From positions 260,544-324,543 of the forward strand of contig NMRA01000266.1 in the NCBI GenBank assembly GCA_002633005.1: a stretch of DNA of 64,000 nt. Reading direction: 5' to 3'. The position numbers were made by a program, and so were the translations under genes. Positions within the stretch are counted from its first letter, which is position 1, and each line of letters opens with the position of its first letter. Shown in pieces: positions 13,787-53,158 of the stretch. Below the pieces are notes generated by a model. The model did not search any database and was not told the origin of the DNA. It was given only the letters and a program-made list of their open reading frames with translations. Origin of the DNA: Phoronis australis. Taxonomy: Eukaryota > Animalia > Phoronida.

Positions 13787-14966
13787 AGAGTTCCCACCAT
13801 AAGCCTGTGTCTCAAAAAGAATTTTATAAAATACATTTTAAGAGACTTAATAGCCTTTAGTATACTTTTGACTAAGAAACAAGGCAAATACTTTTCTATT
13901 ATCGGTGCGATATAAGGAGTTTTGAGGAAACTTCGCAGAAAGCCGCCTTTTTCAGACATGAAAAGGTGCGTTTGCGGAGGGTGCAGTATCAGCAAATTGA
14001 CTGAGAACGTCTCTGTGTTCAAATTTCCTAAATGCATGGAGGCTGCATGGAAATGACGTCGGTTTGTGCGTGTTAGAGAGTGGAATGTGAGTGTGGATTA
14101 TGCAATTCATTCGGGAACCACACTTTGTTCGGCATATTTCAAAGAATCCTTACAACTATTACACTGTCACGACGTTTTGGTCGGTCTATTCTCCGGCTAT
14201 CGTCGGGTATTTCTGTGTTGTTAGAAGAACGAGCACGCATATATGGTACACTCATGGGGTGATTTTTTTGTCCGAGGCAGGATTTGAACCCACGATTTCT
14301 GAAACTTAAGATATGTTTGATTTCAGCACTTTATCACTACACCACGGAGTCATCCATTTACTTAGAAGGATTTTTTATACTTAAACCTTCCTAAGTAGAC
14401 TGAGCCAGGTATCACTTGGCTGTTTGCTTGGCTGACTGACGACATTACCTTGTACTTTCATGTACATGGATTCCTTGATCTTTCTCTTGGTGTGTGTCTG
14501 AGCTGCGGTATACTGTTCTTATTTTAAATTCTTTACATATGCATCCTATATGTATCTTCTCGGTTATTTCGGGTATATATGGTAAGCACAGTGTCTGCAG
14601 TGGGCGCTATTCTGCAGCTACATACTTGGGAAATCGAATACATTGTCTGATCCTTCAAGTACTTGAGAATGACTTCCATATCTTCTCTCCTCTCTATGCA
14701 GAAGAATTTTGAGTTCTCGCTCAAAATCGTCCTCATCTTCTGATCTGCTGTGTTCCCGCCATTTTAATTGAATGCCAAGTGACCAAACATCTTCCACCCA
14801 TTACATCATTTGGCAGGAAACTTGGAAATAATTATTTTTTCTTCAAAACTAAAAACAATCGCGACTACTTTGCATAAAAATGCTTATTTAGATTAATTTT
14901 ATGGCATTCATTTCATATTAGCTAACTGAAACCTTATAAACTAAGAAAATGCATGGTGAGAACCCT
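13787..14966. mobile_element. Older Kolobok-like non-autonomous element
   Basis: TTAA|AGAGTTCCCACCAT ... ATGGTGAGAACCCT|TTAG. A second degenerate right end finishes at 15680. Confidence 0.5.
14270..14350 (-). other. tRNA-like or SINE-head remnant
   Basis: A-box-like TGGTGTAGTGA and B-box GGTTCAAATCC. The acceptor stem does not pair, so it is not a functional tRNA. Confidence 0.35.
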
Positions 14967-15164
14967 TTAGGGAGCCTCATAATTTGTTTTGCTTGGCGAT
15001 AGCAGCAATCCTGTTATCGCAATAATAGTCCCTTCCTTTTTGTCCAGTCATTCTACGGATAACCCAGAAAAAATTGCACCAGAAGGCTTTATTGCATAAA
15101 TCTTATCCTTTCACACCCCTTATTGGGAAAAAAAGTCTACCGGAATTGGAGTGGCGGAAGTTGG

Positions 15165-15585
15165 TTTTTCAAGATGGCGGACAAATTGGCCGCCAGATTT
15201 TCTGATACGCACTATAACTCAAGAGTGGAATGTGATAGAGTAAACATTCAAAAAGGTTTACCTATGTTTTGTGGGTCAAAAAATCCATTGGAAATGGTTT
15301 TACATGGCTGTGGTGACACCGTCCTTCATTTTCCAAGATGGCCGCCAAATCTACTTGAGTCGCACAACTTCACACGAACAGATTAGTGTGTCGTCTTACT
15401 TCAAACATCGCATCATAGGTTTTCTGGGTCGACTAATCCATTGAGACTCATTGCATTTGGCACTAATGATTACTTCCACCATTTCCAAGATGGAGGACAA
15501 AATGGCCGCCAGATTTGCAGATGATCATTATAACTCGACAGTGGAATGTGATAGAGTAAAAATTCAAAAATGTTTACCTATATTT
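15165..15585. repeat. Degenerate tandem array of about 160-bp units containing CAAGATGGC(G/C)G
   Basis: Three TTCAAGATGG/TTCCAAGATGG starts at about 15168, 15331 and 15483. Confidence 0.55.
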
Positions 15586-18500
15586 GCATAAAAATGCTTA
15601 TTTAGATACATTTTATGGCATTCATTTCTTAATAGCTAACAGAAACCTCATAAACTAAGAAAATGCATGGTGGCAACTCTTGAAGGAGCCTCCTAATTTG
15701 CAATCCTGTTATCGCAATAATAGCGCCTTCTTTTGTCGATTCTTCTGGACAACTATTCCATGACGGGTCGAGACAAAATTTCTAAGGAGTTCCCGAAATT
15801 AACGAGTTTTAGACATTACAATAAAGTATATCTTTTTAAATTGAAACTCCACGTTAATAAGGATACGTGAAATCGTGAGCTCTGAGGAATATCCCCCGTC
15901 CCCACCTCACGTGGCACAAATGTGTCAACGAAGCGTTCAATAAATAGCTCACTTGCGAGTTTCTCGTTAGTCGCTGTGACGTCACCGGAAAAGGGGCAAA
16001 ACCCGCCATATTGCTCTTGTTTTGCCCCGAGTCTTTGCTACACACGCTAAAACTTACTGGAGTTCTTATGGTGAATTTTACGCTTAAAACGTTAAAACAA
16101 CTTATGATATGGTAAATGGACCGTGGAGTAACTGTGAATGGACGAAGAAAATGTGAACTTGTTATGTTGTGCGAAGCTGTGAACGGACTGAAATTGGAAC
16201 TTAACCCGCTCTAGGCCTGAATGCCGCAGGCATACAGGGGCGATAGTGTATTCCCATAAAAAGATATTCACTTCAAAATACAGCAAATAAAATCAAATGA
16301 AACATGCATATGTGCACATGAAGTTATAATTAACACATACCCTGACTCTGGACACAATTTAGTCTACAAATAACTTGAGCATGATGTCCATGAAAACCTC
16401 GCGGTTCTCTCGAGTTTCTCTCACTGGCCGCCATTTTGAGGAAGTTACGTGAAATCACGCCTGTTGACGAACAAAAAGTCCAAGGGACACAAATCTTACA
16501 AATTTCACTTGATATTTTCTCATGCTATTTTGCAAGTGTCACGCGCCAGGTCACGCGCCAGATCTCGCGCTTCGCTCAGTCTCGCGCTAGCCTTTGCCTC
16601 ATACTCNTTGGGGTCTCACAAAACTCACATAAATCGTTGATCAACCATAGGAGTCTATTAGATACTAACCTTAGCAGATACCTTTGTTGTACATGTACAA
16701 TATGAATTTTCTAATTTGCAACACTCGCGCGCCTGTTTTAAGTATTGACACCAAGCTTACGGTTTTATACTATCCCTTGATGTAAGTGACATGCAAAGGC
16801 ATTTCGTTTCGTAACAGGAAATTACAAATATCGTCGCGCGTTTCGTGAGCAACTACAAATTCGAGATCACTACTAAACAAAATGCATACTCCGCTCTAGA
16901 CTAGTGCGACCGACTTTCACTCCATTCTAGAGACTATTGCGACCAAGTACACCTGTACTTGAAATATTTACATCACATCCCCACGTCGCTCAATCGTACT
17001 TTTCGGATTCTACAAAGTATGTGTCTTGAAAACATTAATTTGAATAGTTTTCTCTGAATAAGTAGAAATATGATTTCAATCAACGTCTAAAACGACGCTA
17101 AGGACAAATAGGGATACCATTCATGGCACACAAAAAGAAAAATGGACAAAAATTACAAAATGCAAAAAATCCTCCTATACTCCGGCCACCTATTAGTTGC
17201 ACTGTGAAAATTGGAACAAATTTGCATGGCATTTAAATTAATGTGCAAACACATTCAAATGTGTGTTAGGGACGACGAAGAACAATTCTCTTAAATATCA
17301 GCACGCTCGCCTTCCTTGTTATACATGTACATGTAATACCCTGGATTGAAATCAACAACGCTAGGAGCACGCTAGGGCCTCAACAAAAACGAGAATTCGT
17401 GACATTACGCTAGATTCTGTCGAGCATTTTCAACGAGAGCACGTGATCTTGGTTAGATTGTTCCCGTCGCCAGAGAGCTATTGAACTCCACCCAGACTTT
17501 CATTATCTCCCTTCAAACTTAAAACCAAAAACACTGTTTGAGTGCGATGACAGTCGATGGGGTCAAATTCCCATTGAACACAGGCAATCTTCAAACATGT
17601 CGAGGTCAAGGAAAGTAAAAAAGCTCTATAATTTTTAATTGTCATGTGCTTATTGCTGTCCAAGTGTTGGCTAAGAGCGACACATGTATTTTCTTGTATA
17701 TTCAGCGTCTTTGTTCAGACTATCCAGCTGTAAATGTGTGAAGTCTGTTTGCATATCAATGGTTTACATGTGACCTGGATTTCCAGCTAACAATGTTTTG
17801 TAACGGCTCAGTCAGAGGTCAAAGGTTATGGTGGCACTCAATATAGTTTTTGTGAGACAAGGTTCAGTTTGTGTCCAACCAACCAAATTCAAAATTGGAG
17901 CTTGCTGGGTTGGCTGTGCATTTCAAGTTCTGTGCTGCATGTGAAGGCTACAAATGGCATTTACTTGGTTTTCGAATCTGTTTGGAGCGAAAAAATGCCA
18001 GTTGTTGACCTCTTGACCCACTTTTAATCAGCCATGACTTTTCTTGATCTTCGACTGCTTGCAAGCGGGAAGATGAAGTTTAGCCAGAGGTTTAGGTATC
18101 CTTCAGACTTTTTGAATCTGTGAAAAATCTGGATGCTGGACACCTAGTTTTCACCTGGTTTCTGGAATCTGGAGAGTTTTGACAGTCTGAATGCACTGTC
18201 TCTCAGTTCTTAGAAATTGCATGCGAATGGTGACTTTGGGGTGAAAACCGATGATTCAACAAACTTTTGCTCCATTTCAAGTTGCCGGATGCACTTCCGG
18301 TAGTTGCAAAAGATGGAAAGTTGTCTTTGGAATCATTTTCAATAGACTTTGTGCTAGGTTTTAGACGGCTTTGGCCTGTTATACTCTTCAAATTTCCAGG
18401 TTTAGTACTGCAACAGAGTGTTGGAGCTGAATCGACCTGGATTTTCGAACCCCAAATCAGCAAAAACTGTTGAGTGACACCTAGATAAGGGCCCTTCAAA

Positions 18501-18769
18501 CTGTGCTTTAACGAAGGACGCCAGCCAGTCCAGAGAACCGGTGAAACCTTCCCTATAAGAATTCCTATATGAATATGAGTAGGACTGCAGGAATTCCTAT
18601 AGAAAATTCTACAGGGACGTACTGTATATGTAGATATCTGATTATGGTAAGTAGCCTGCAGGGAAAGTCCTATGAATGTAGACGCCTTATAGGAATTCCC
18701 AAAGAAAAGTCTACAGTCATATAGGTATTTTAAGGGATCCTACAGGGAATATCTTATGAATGAAGATGT

Positions 18770-19053
18770 TTTTATTAATTATTTATTGTCTGTTTTTATA
18801 TTTATATTTATATTTATATTTTTTAGTTAATTATCTTGTCTTAATTTCTTTATTTATCATATTTTATTTTTTATTTTGCTTCATCAGTCTGTCCATGTTA
18901 ATTTCTTATTCTTTGCTTATTACTTAAGTTTGTCTTTCATTTTGTAATTCTGTTTTTGTCTTACTATCTGTTTGTTTTTTAATGAGGGCAGGGCCCCCAT
19001 GGAAAGCAGTGTGAACTGATGGGGCTACCCTCATTGTAAATATTACATTAATG

Positions 19054-19093
<40 letters not shown>
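18770..19093 (+). mobile_element. 3' tail of a CR1/L2-like LINE or SINE ending in (AAT)n
   Basis: GGGCCCCCATGGAA...GGGGCTACCCTC...(AAT)n. Copies at about 25020-25349 and, on the minus strand, about 37158-37440. Confidence 0.45.
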
Positions 19094-19095
<2 letters not shown>

Positions 19096-20005
19096 GGAAC
19101 GCCTATAAGCACGTAGGTATCCTGTAGGAATTCGTATAGCATATTCTATGGGCATGTGGCTATCTTTTATTATCCTACAGCCCCATCACCTTTTGAAAAA
19201 TATTGGAGGTCCTGGTTTGTTTTCCGACTCAAGTAGTCACGACGTTTGAATTTCTACAAATGTATACGGCTGCATCAATTGGTGTGCTCTGAGGGCCGGT
19301 TGCAAACACTGTACATGTATGTGGGGGTTGAGAAGGAATAGGTACTAGGAAGACACAGTACCAATAACTTGTCTACGCGAGACATAATTTCACGGTGCGG
19401 GTGAATTCCACATTGAAAACATGCACCTTTCAAAATATACCAATAGTTACAATGTTCCGATCCGGTGTCTTTGTATGCCGCGAGTCAACAAAACACCAAA
19501 CAACCAAGAAGCAGCGGAACACTTTTCATTTAGACCACTCACCGCTGTAAAATTGATCTCAACCTGTTGTATATTCAGTAGAGAACGGATTTCCGAATTT
19601 GCAAAGACCTATTATTTTAGGCCATACTCGGTTCTTGAAGTGACAAGCCAAGTTATCAGGCCTGGGTACAAGTAATAACCAACAGTACGTTCATTGGAAA
19701 TCCTGAGACCATCCCCATTTTGACAAAGAAACAATACTGATGTGGACAGTTTTGTACCGGTTAACAGATGTAAATGAAAAGTTTTGCTCTGCGACACAAG
19801 GTGGCGTTCTAGACGCTTTAAAAACAAACGGGGCTGTACGTTTTCAAAATTTGAAGAATTTTCTTTACTATCGGTAGCAAGAGCAAAGTTAATGTACCGT
19901 GACTAGTGCACACGGTGTGACCGATGGACTTTCCTCTCAAATTAGTTGATCAGACGATGCATAAAACATAGTTTGCGACATACACTCATATTATGAACTG
20001 TGTAC

Positions 20006-20512
20006 CTTTCTTTCCCATCAGGCGTCTTAAGGGTAGGTATTGGCGATAGATTAGTTGGAGGAATTGGTAACGGACGTCTGACACGCAAGGCACTTGCATT
20101 AGGCGTCGGTGTGGAATGCATGGGCTCCTGACCAATGTTTTCTTTGGAAATGGGAGTGGGTATCTCTTTCCCACCAGCGGCTGCAAGACGAGGAGGTTTT
20201 GGTGGACCTAATAGAGGCACCTTAGACTTTTGCCTCGGGAATGTCGGCTCCTGACCAATGTTTCCTTTGGAAATGGGAGTGGGTAGCTTTTTTCCAGCGG
20301 CGGCGAAAAGACGAGGAGGCTTTGGTGGACCTTTTGGCGTCTCCATTGACTTTTGCCTCATTGCTGTCGCTGAAAGGTCCTGCACCGCATGTGGCCCTTC
20401 GGCACTTTTCCTATCAGGATTTCGCATCAGGTTGGGCGGCCTCGTCGCCACAGGTTCTGACTGCATCTTTGCGCTCACAGTTTTCGCCGCCGCGTGTTGC
20501 TGGTCCGTTTGT
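20006..20512 (-). CDS. Second (probably allelic) copy of gene A cytoplasmic exon 3
   Basis: Near-identical to 26410-26913 and inside an N-bounded duplicated block. Confidence 0.55.
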
Positions 20513-21877
20513 CTAAATTTGATACAGTCTATTTTACCACAGTGCGTTGGAAAACACTATCGCAAACCACAGCTAAGGATGGATCTTTGGAAGCCATTGT
20601 GTAGAAGAATAAAAAAGAACTTGTAAAAATAGATTTTGCTCAGAGAAGTTTGGCTGGGGAAATGGTCTTGAACGACTGGCGAAAATTTCGTTTTTAACCA
20701 CGAATGGACACAGCAAGTCGCAAAAGATTCTGGGAACTGTGACTTATGGATGGACACGTTGTTTAGCACAAATGCGATGACGATGCGCTGGTAAAACCAG
20801 GCGTATGGAGCTGCTTCTTACAACTTCCAAAAATGCAACCATTGAGGTAAATGCACACTTCTGCATAACTTTTCGCAGCACTGACGTCATAACTTATCAC
20901 AGTTCTGACGTCACAACGTACCACAACAGTGACACCTCATCTTATCACAGCAGTGAAGTGATTAGGCTGCAGCAAGTGACATCCTCATTATTCGATACGG
21001 AGTTCTTCTATTTCTGTGTGACGCTATTACATGCATATACATAAAACGTACCGAGAGGGGCGTACATGAAGTAATATCCCACTCGACACTATTTCGCTGA
21101 ATAATGTCAAGTGGGATATTACTTCATCTACGCCAATCGAGATATGTTTTGTATTTATCCCATACGGTTCGAATTCCTGTGTTTTTCCATTTTTTCCGCA
21201 GAATTTTTAAATACTTCGCTCAGACTGTTCACGTGGCGAATCACATCCTATATGTATGTTCTTGCGCGTTAAGCTGCAAGTTTTCTCTAGTAAAAGAATT
21301 ATTTGAAAAGAGATAACAGACATGAAAACAACGGCAACTTTGCACTGAACTTGCAACATCTCCTGAAAATAGTTAAATTATAACGTTACACATTGTAGTT
21401 GCCGAGGAATCGGCGCCTGAGTTACAGACGATATNACACTCTGCTACCGTATTGGGCAAATGACCAAACGACAACCTTTTGCCCCACTTCCCGTGACGTC
21501 ACAGTTAAGTCCCACATAATCTCGCGTTATTGTTATAAACTCGCAAAAGGCCTATTCATTTGGCATAATGAGCAGAGTGCTGACCCGAATAAAACATTGT
21601 ACTTTGGAATGAAATGTTAATATTACGATGGAACTGAGATAGCGTTATGCATCACTTCAATTAAGTACTTAAATGTGCAATTGTGAGGCGTGTTTGCGTT
21701 TTGCACATACGTGCCTCAGTTTTTCTTATCTGCAGTCATTGTTCTATTGGCTACTTTTTATTACGATCGATGTTCACGCTGTGGTTTACATGTATTCAGG
21801 TCTATTCGAATTCTTGTAGACAAAGCAATAAAGGGAACCTGAATACCCATTCTTGGACAAATTATTGGCTTAACCGA

Positions 21878-47621
<25,744 letters not shown>

Positions 47622-48067
47622 AAATTGTGTGAAATCTTATCATCAATATCATTGCATTTTGGGCTTTTCTTTGTTCATTGTTTCAGTGATAGGTAAAGAC
47701 AATTCAAGTGTTGTGTGGAAGCACATGGAATTGATTTCACCGTTACTTCTCTAGTGTTCTCAACACTATTGTGACTCTACCTTTTGACACAGCGCCACCT
47801 ATACTGAAAAGTGGCCATATGGAAAAAAGATGATGAACGACACACTGAATCCCGTGAGTGGGCGTCAATGAGTATGCCTTGGTCGGAAGAATACCGATCA
47901 CATCACCACCACCACTTGCACCCGCCTTTATGCACTGCGCTTGTTTGGTCTTTTAAGACTTAAAAGTCGCTGGAGCAGGGTTCCTTTGATTTCGTTTACT
48001 TCGATTACTGCTGTTCTAATAAATTGCAACTTTTTAAGTTAAAGGTGGTCGCCATACTACGTATAAC

Positions 48068-48150
48068 AGTGAACTGAAAGGGAGTTTCCCAGATTTCAAC
48101 CAATGGGAGTGACTGAATGTTATGACGACAATTTCAATCCTTTAACCAAT
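48068..48150. promoter_or_regulatory. Candidate gene A promoter: IRF-like site abutting an NF-kB site, plus two CCAAT boxes
   Basis: AGTGAACTGAAAG overlapping GGGAGTTTCC (48080-48089). CCAAT at 48100 and 48146. About 450 bp upstream of the putative ATG. Confidence 0.35.
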
Positions 48151-49350
48151 GAGAAGCCATATTAAACAAAATTCACAGTGCTACCTTTGTAGCGCTGCGA
48201 AAGAGTGCATTGTGACCCACGGTCTCACTGGATGCGCCATAAATTTTGTGAAATTAAATGTGTGATACGTGCGAAAAATGGAAGATACTGGTTAGTCTTT
48301 TGTTCTCTTCTGTCTGAAGAGACACGGAGCGCTATGTGTGAAAAACCCGATTTTCTTCAGTTCGTGTTTTGAAGTATTCAACCAATTGTTTGCGAGATAC
48401 TGAATGACGTTCATCTAGTATACTCTACTCCAATAAGAAAACACAGTTTGGAACTTGACTTATTTCCCAGGATTTTGTAGGTTGAAGGTTGAGAGTGATC
48501 AAATAAGCGCTGTGTGGGACTTGACTCAAGCACCTACTTGTACATTAGATAGTATTCTGGTCGTTACTAAAACACTGCATTTGTCTTATGTATAGTGTAT
48601 TCATGGTATTGATGACTATCACAAGCTAAGGGCGTTTGTGTTCTTAGCCACTCGAAACCATGAGGCTGTGCGACGTTTTCATATCTATGTCCTGCTTATT
48701 GTGGGATTCACTAAGTCAATTTATATTATTAATTAACCTCGATCGCTTTCGGAACAGAGTCACGACTGCACTAGCAGTTGAACATCTTGGAAGGATATAA
48801 TGTGTATATATCCCATTCATTATTTGATCACGACAAGAAGCATTTATCCAACATGAACACACCTTACAGGGCTGACAATTGTCTGGTTCCTGACGCAACT
48901 AATTTTCATTGCGAACTAGCCCAGGGTCTCCGATCGAGAGGAGTTCGAAAGCTGCAAATAGTTTTCATTTTAAGCGATAAAGCACTGTCAATCACACGCA
49001 AGTAACATTTCAAACAAAAGGTGGCGCACATTTTACTCACGGTAGGATTTCGCTTTGGTGAGTGTTCGTTTCCAGTACGCCTTCGAAGCCTGGTCACAAT
49101 ATTGAAACCAGCATGTACACTTTGGTGACGTAGGGCATTTTGTTTAGGGTAGCCTTAAGTTCGACGTTTGCTGTATTGCGTGTGTGCGACCTTTTATCTC
49201 ATCCTCAGGTTTTGTTTCACTGTAAACGAACTTCGGTATTGCTTCGCAGTAAGCACTCATCAAAAATCGTATGTGAAAAATTAATTCGGTATCATAAGAG
49301 GAAAAACAAGATCGGTCACAGTGGAGTGGTAGTCTAGGTGTTTATATATT

Positions 49351-49447
49351 GTGGTGGCAGCGGTGGTGGTGGCGGCGGTAGTGATGGTGACGGCGGTGGC
49401 AGCGGTGGTGATACCGGTGAGGGTGGCGGTGGTACCGTGATGGTGAT
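49351..49447. repeat. Degenerate (GGT)n trinucleotide repeat
   Basis: Directly visible. Confidence 0.85.
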
Positions 49448-52400
49448 GTACTGTGACTTTGCTTGTTTTATTATTGTAGTAATATTCATACGCGTGCATT
49501 AGCAGGCTCCTGAAGTGAGTCTGGAATCTTACCGTAAAAACCTCGTTAATAAAAATCTTTACAGAGATGTTCCTAGATAACTTTGACTGCCACGCATTAG
49601 CTCATAAAACGAGACATTTTCAACCAACTACCTAAGGAACCAGTGGCAGTGTGGCAGGGAGGGGGGGCGGAGGTCATGAAAATGGCTTTAATGACTGGGA
49701 TGCCAAAAATCGCTGTTTGGCGGTGCCAAATCCCAAAATTTACTGCTTCAAATTATACGTGTACATGTACAAGATATGAAGCTTATACTTTCATTGAGTT
49801 GGCTGTGAAGGCAAAGTTTTTATAGTGTTTCCCTTACATCACGGGGGGCGTTGTTTCATAGTTGGCTTAAGGCGGATTAGCGCGCGGGGAACATACAGAG
49901 AATCTATTTGTTCAGCAATCCGTTAATAAGCAATAATTATGCATTCTTGACCTACCTTCAGCTCCTGAAACGTCTGGGATAAGGAAAAAGAAGAAAACAA
50001 TCAGTAAACTGCTTTGACAAGAAATCAATTTCACTTCATCGTAAACTCTGCAAAAATAATTACGGCCCAACTCAGTACCACTGTGCATACCACTAACTAG
50101 TCAACATGCGGAAATTGAATGCTTAAAGCAGCTTGTATGTCAATGGTTCGCGTGACTTTACAAAACACGTGCATATTCATAAACATACGAAATGATCTAG
50201 GATTCATGACGAATGCTCATTTGATAGAAAGTTCGTCCATTTCCGTGTGACGTTATCGTGTACATTACTACACATTGTAATATAACAACATGCACATGTA
50301 CGTCTTACCGAAACAAAGAATTGAATCGAATGAGAGTGTTTCCAAGTGCATGTTTCACGTAAAGTCACTTTTAAAAGATTTAAACCTTTCACACCACGGT
50401 CACAAATGCTCGAAGTCGGTTGCCAACAAAACCTGAGTTCGACTGAGCAGTATGAAAAGTTGGGTGTGTATTGATATTGAAAAAAAACAAAGGCTTTTGT
50501 TGTTTCTTAACCCTGGTCAACTTCAAAAAAACCTATCTCGTTCAACTATAATCCAAAAAATTAATGAGTTTTTCGGTCGTAAAAAGGGATGATGTACCGT
50601 CAAATAGCGACTATCATGGATTGCCTTCCGAAGTTGGCTAGTTGCCAGTGGCCCTCATCCGGAGCCCGTTTCTCGAAGATGATTGGCTTTTGTCTTTTGA
50701 CTTTGGCCAGAATCCAGAAATCCGACTAAGAGTAGCTAAAAGTTGCCGGTTTTTTTGTCTTTTGAGTTTCGGTAGTAATGAATCAAGTGTTCAGAAGCAT
50801 GTGAATGTGTTCGGTAAAGAATGGATGTTAGGTCCTAGCTGTCATCCAGGAACCAGTTGCATAAAAGTTATACGCTGCATATAAAAAAAGATGTCGCATT
50901 ATCACGTGCCACGTTGTTATTGTTGAACAATGCCCCCGACGTCACACAACAATCAAACTTTTCCAACGGATAATTTTGAAGTTTTATGCTACCCAGCCAA
51001 TGATGCGAGAGATAGCAACCAAGAAGCACCCTCTGGTGTTAGGCTATGTAGGTCCATAGAAATGGTTGGTCGGATTCGTATGAAATGCAACTCCATCGCT
51101 CAGTGATTCTGGACAAAACTCTAGCTGACCAGTGCGTAAATACACTTTAATGAGTACTTTACTGCAAAAATTAGTTTCGTCCCAATCTGTTCTTGAGCGA
51201 GGATGTGACCTGTTTCGGCGTGCAGATAGCGCCCTCGGTGAGCAGTTGTCGGGCATCATTTGTTTGACGTCATTTAGGAATCGCTACGAAGGTGATTTAC
51301 AGACGTCTTTAGCAAATTTAAAATTTTGTCATCAATTATAGGGAACAATTTTAATATATTAGTTTGTTCGGACTATCTATAGGACCAGTTTTGTCTTCTT
51401 TGTCTTTGCACTAGACTTACACATGGATATCACACATTTCAGTTCTGTTTGTTGTTACGAATGAGATTTTTTCAGCCTGTCATTTTAGAACAAACGAAGT
51501 GATATTATAAGCAACATTCTATCCAGAGCTAATCCTCTCAACGAGTTCTTCTGCAGCTTCCAAATCGTGTTCCTAGAAGTTGTGGGAATCGGACATTTTC
51601 CGATTCGTCGGAAACGGTTTTCTGATAGAGCCTCGATTCTGAATCGGTTTTGATAACGTTGGTTGCACTTGATTAACAACGCTTAGTCAGCCGACTAAGG
51701 CATTTGATTGGTTGTTGGTGACTATTCCAGGCTTACCGACCAATCAAATGTCTAAGTCGGTTGTCGCGGGGAACCGGTGAAGTCGTTCACGTGCAGCTTC
51801 ACTGTATTGTCACAGCACTGAGAAGGCTGTTCGCTTTGATAGACTTTCGGGCAATTTCTCTTAGGAACAACAGATGACACAACCGTGAATTACAAACGAA
51901 GGTTTGAGAGTGACCGAGGTGACTTTATCTGAGTTCTTAAAACAGTTTCAGCCCACAGCACAGCAGTAATACTTCGTTGGCACTGAAAGGACTAGAGTAG
52001 CGCAAACGAGAAAATCTTGTAAAGAATCGGAGAGCAACAAATAACATGCGTATTTTTAATTCAATAGCAAGAAAACGAGGCAGAAAATGTGCCTGACGGA
52101 TGTTTACGGCATTGTTTGTAAATACAGCGAAATTCGAGACTTACTGTTTTCTTTTATCGATGTTGCCGGCAACAGCGTAGCAAATTCTTGCAAGGCTAGT
52201 CCCTACCTTAAATAATTATAAAAATATCGAAATCTAGTTTTCAAGCAAAGAATTTCTACGACACGTTTGCCAGTTTCTGACTTTACTAAGTGGCGTACCC
52301 AAGATTTTTGGTTTAAATTTCCGTCAATTTGGCTGTTAAACGTCTTGCGTAAGAAGGAAAATTACTTAGCTATGCCAAGAATTTAACATTATAAGACTAC

Positions 52401-52791
52401 GATATAAGAATTTTTGTGCACAAGGTCCCAGGACCTGTTAGAAGAAATGAGCTCCAGAATTCTTAACTCTTTAGAATAAAAATATTAGTTTCTTTTAACT
52501 TGTTGAAACTCCACGTTGTACCCAGACTTCACGTTGAAAAACCTCATCGCCAGCGCGTGAAATCTATAACCATTAGCACTTGGAGCCATGAGTTGACCAC
52601 AATCAAACATTGTATTTCGCAACGAAATGTTGACATTATGACGACAATGAAAAAGCGCCATGCAACTGTTAAATTCAGCACATGTGCAATTACACAACTG
52701 TATCGAATATTTCCTCCACCAGGGGGATCAATGTCTACGGTACACATTTGACTACCAGAAAAAATATTCTTAGACAATCTAATAGCACTAG

Positions 52792-53158
52792 TCAATGCTG
52801 ATTTTTCGTCTGCTTTTCGTGCTGTGCTTTTGCAGCCTTCGGCAATTTTGGATGTGCTGCAGATTTTGACTTCCCGCCGTCTCCCGTGAGCGGTTTTCCT
52901 GATTTCATTCCATTTTTTGATGTCGCAGTACTTGCCGCCGCTCGTGACGTCGTGTCGGCTTGATTCGACGCAGAAGCCTTCAAATGCGTAGAAGTTGAAA
53001 GGGTTTGCATTTCTTCCTTGCTTTTCGACGAGTACTTGTCTCGCACGTCGCCCCGCGCAAGGGCTCCCAATTGAACTGCATTCTGGTCCGAATTGGAGGA
53101 AGGCGATGGCAGATTTGCTTGGTTCCTCCTAACTTCTCCGTGTCGTTGATCTTTTTGT
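52792..53158 (-). CDS. Gene B terminal coding exon
   Basis: Phase-2 TTTTAG acceptor. [17 protein letters not shown]...[12 protein letters not shown]...PKAAK..EKQ is homologous to gene A's last exon. Confidence 0.75.

Noticed and set aside
20258-20626. Plus-strand ORFs over the tail exons, also at 26662, 29878, 55721 and 57343
   Set aside because: Antisense shadows of the minus-strand coding exons.
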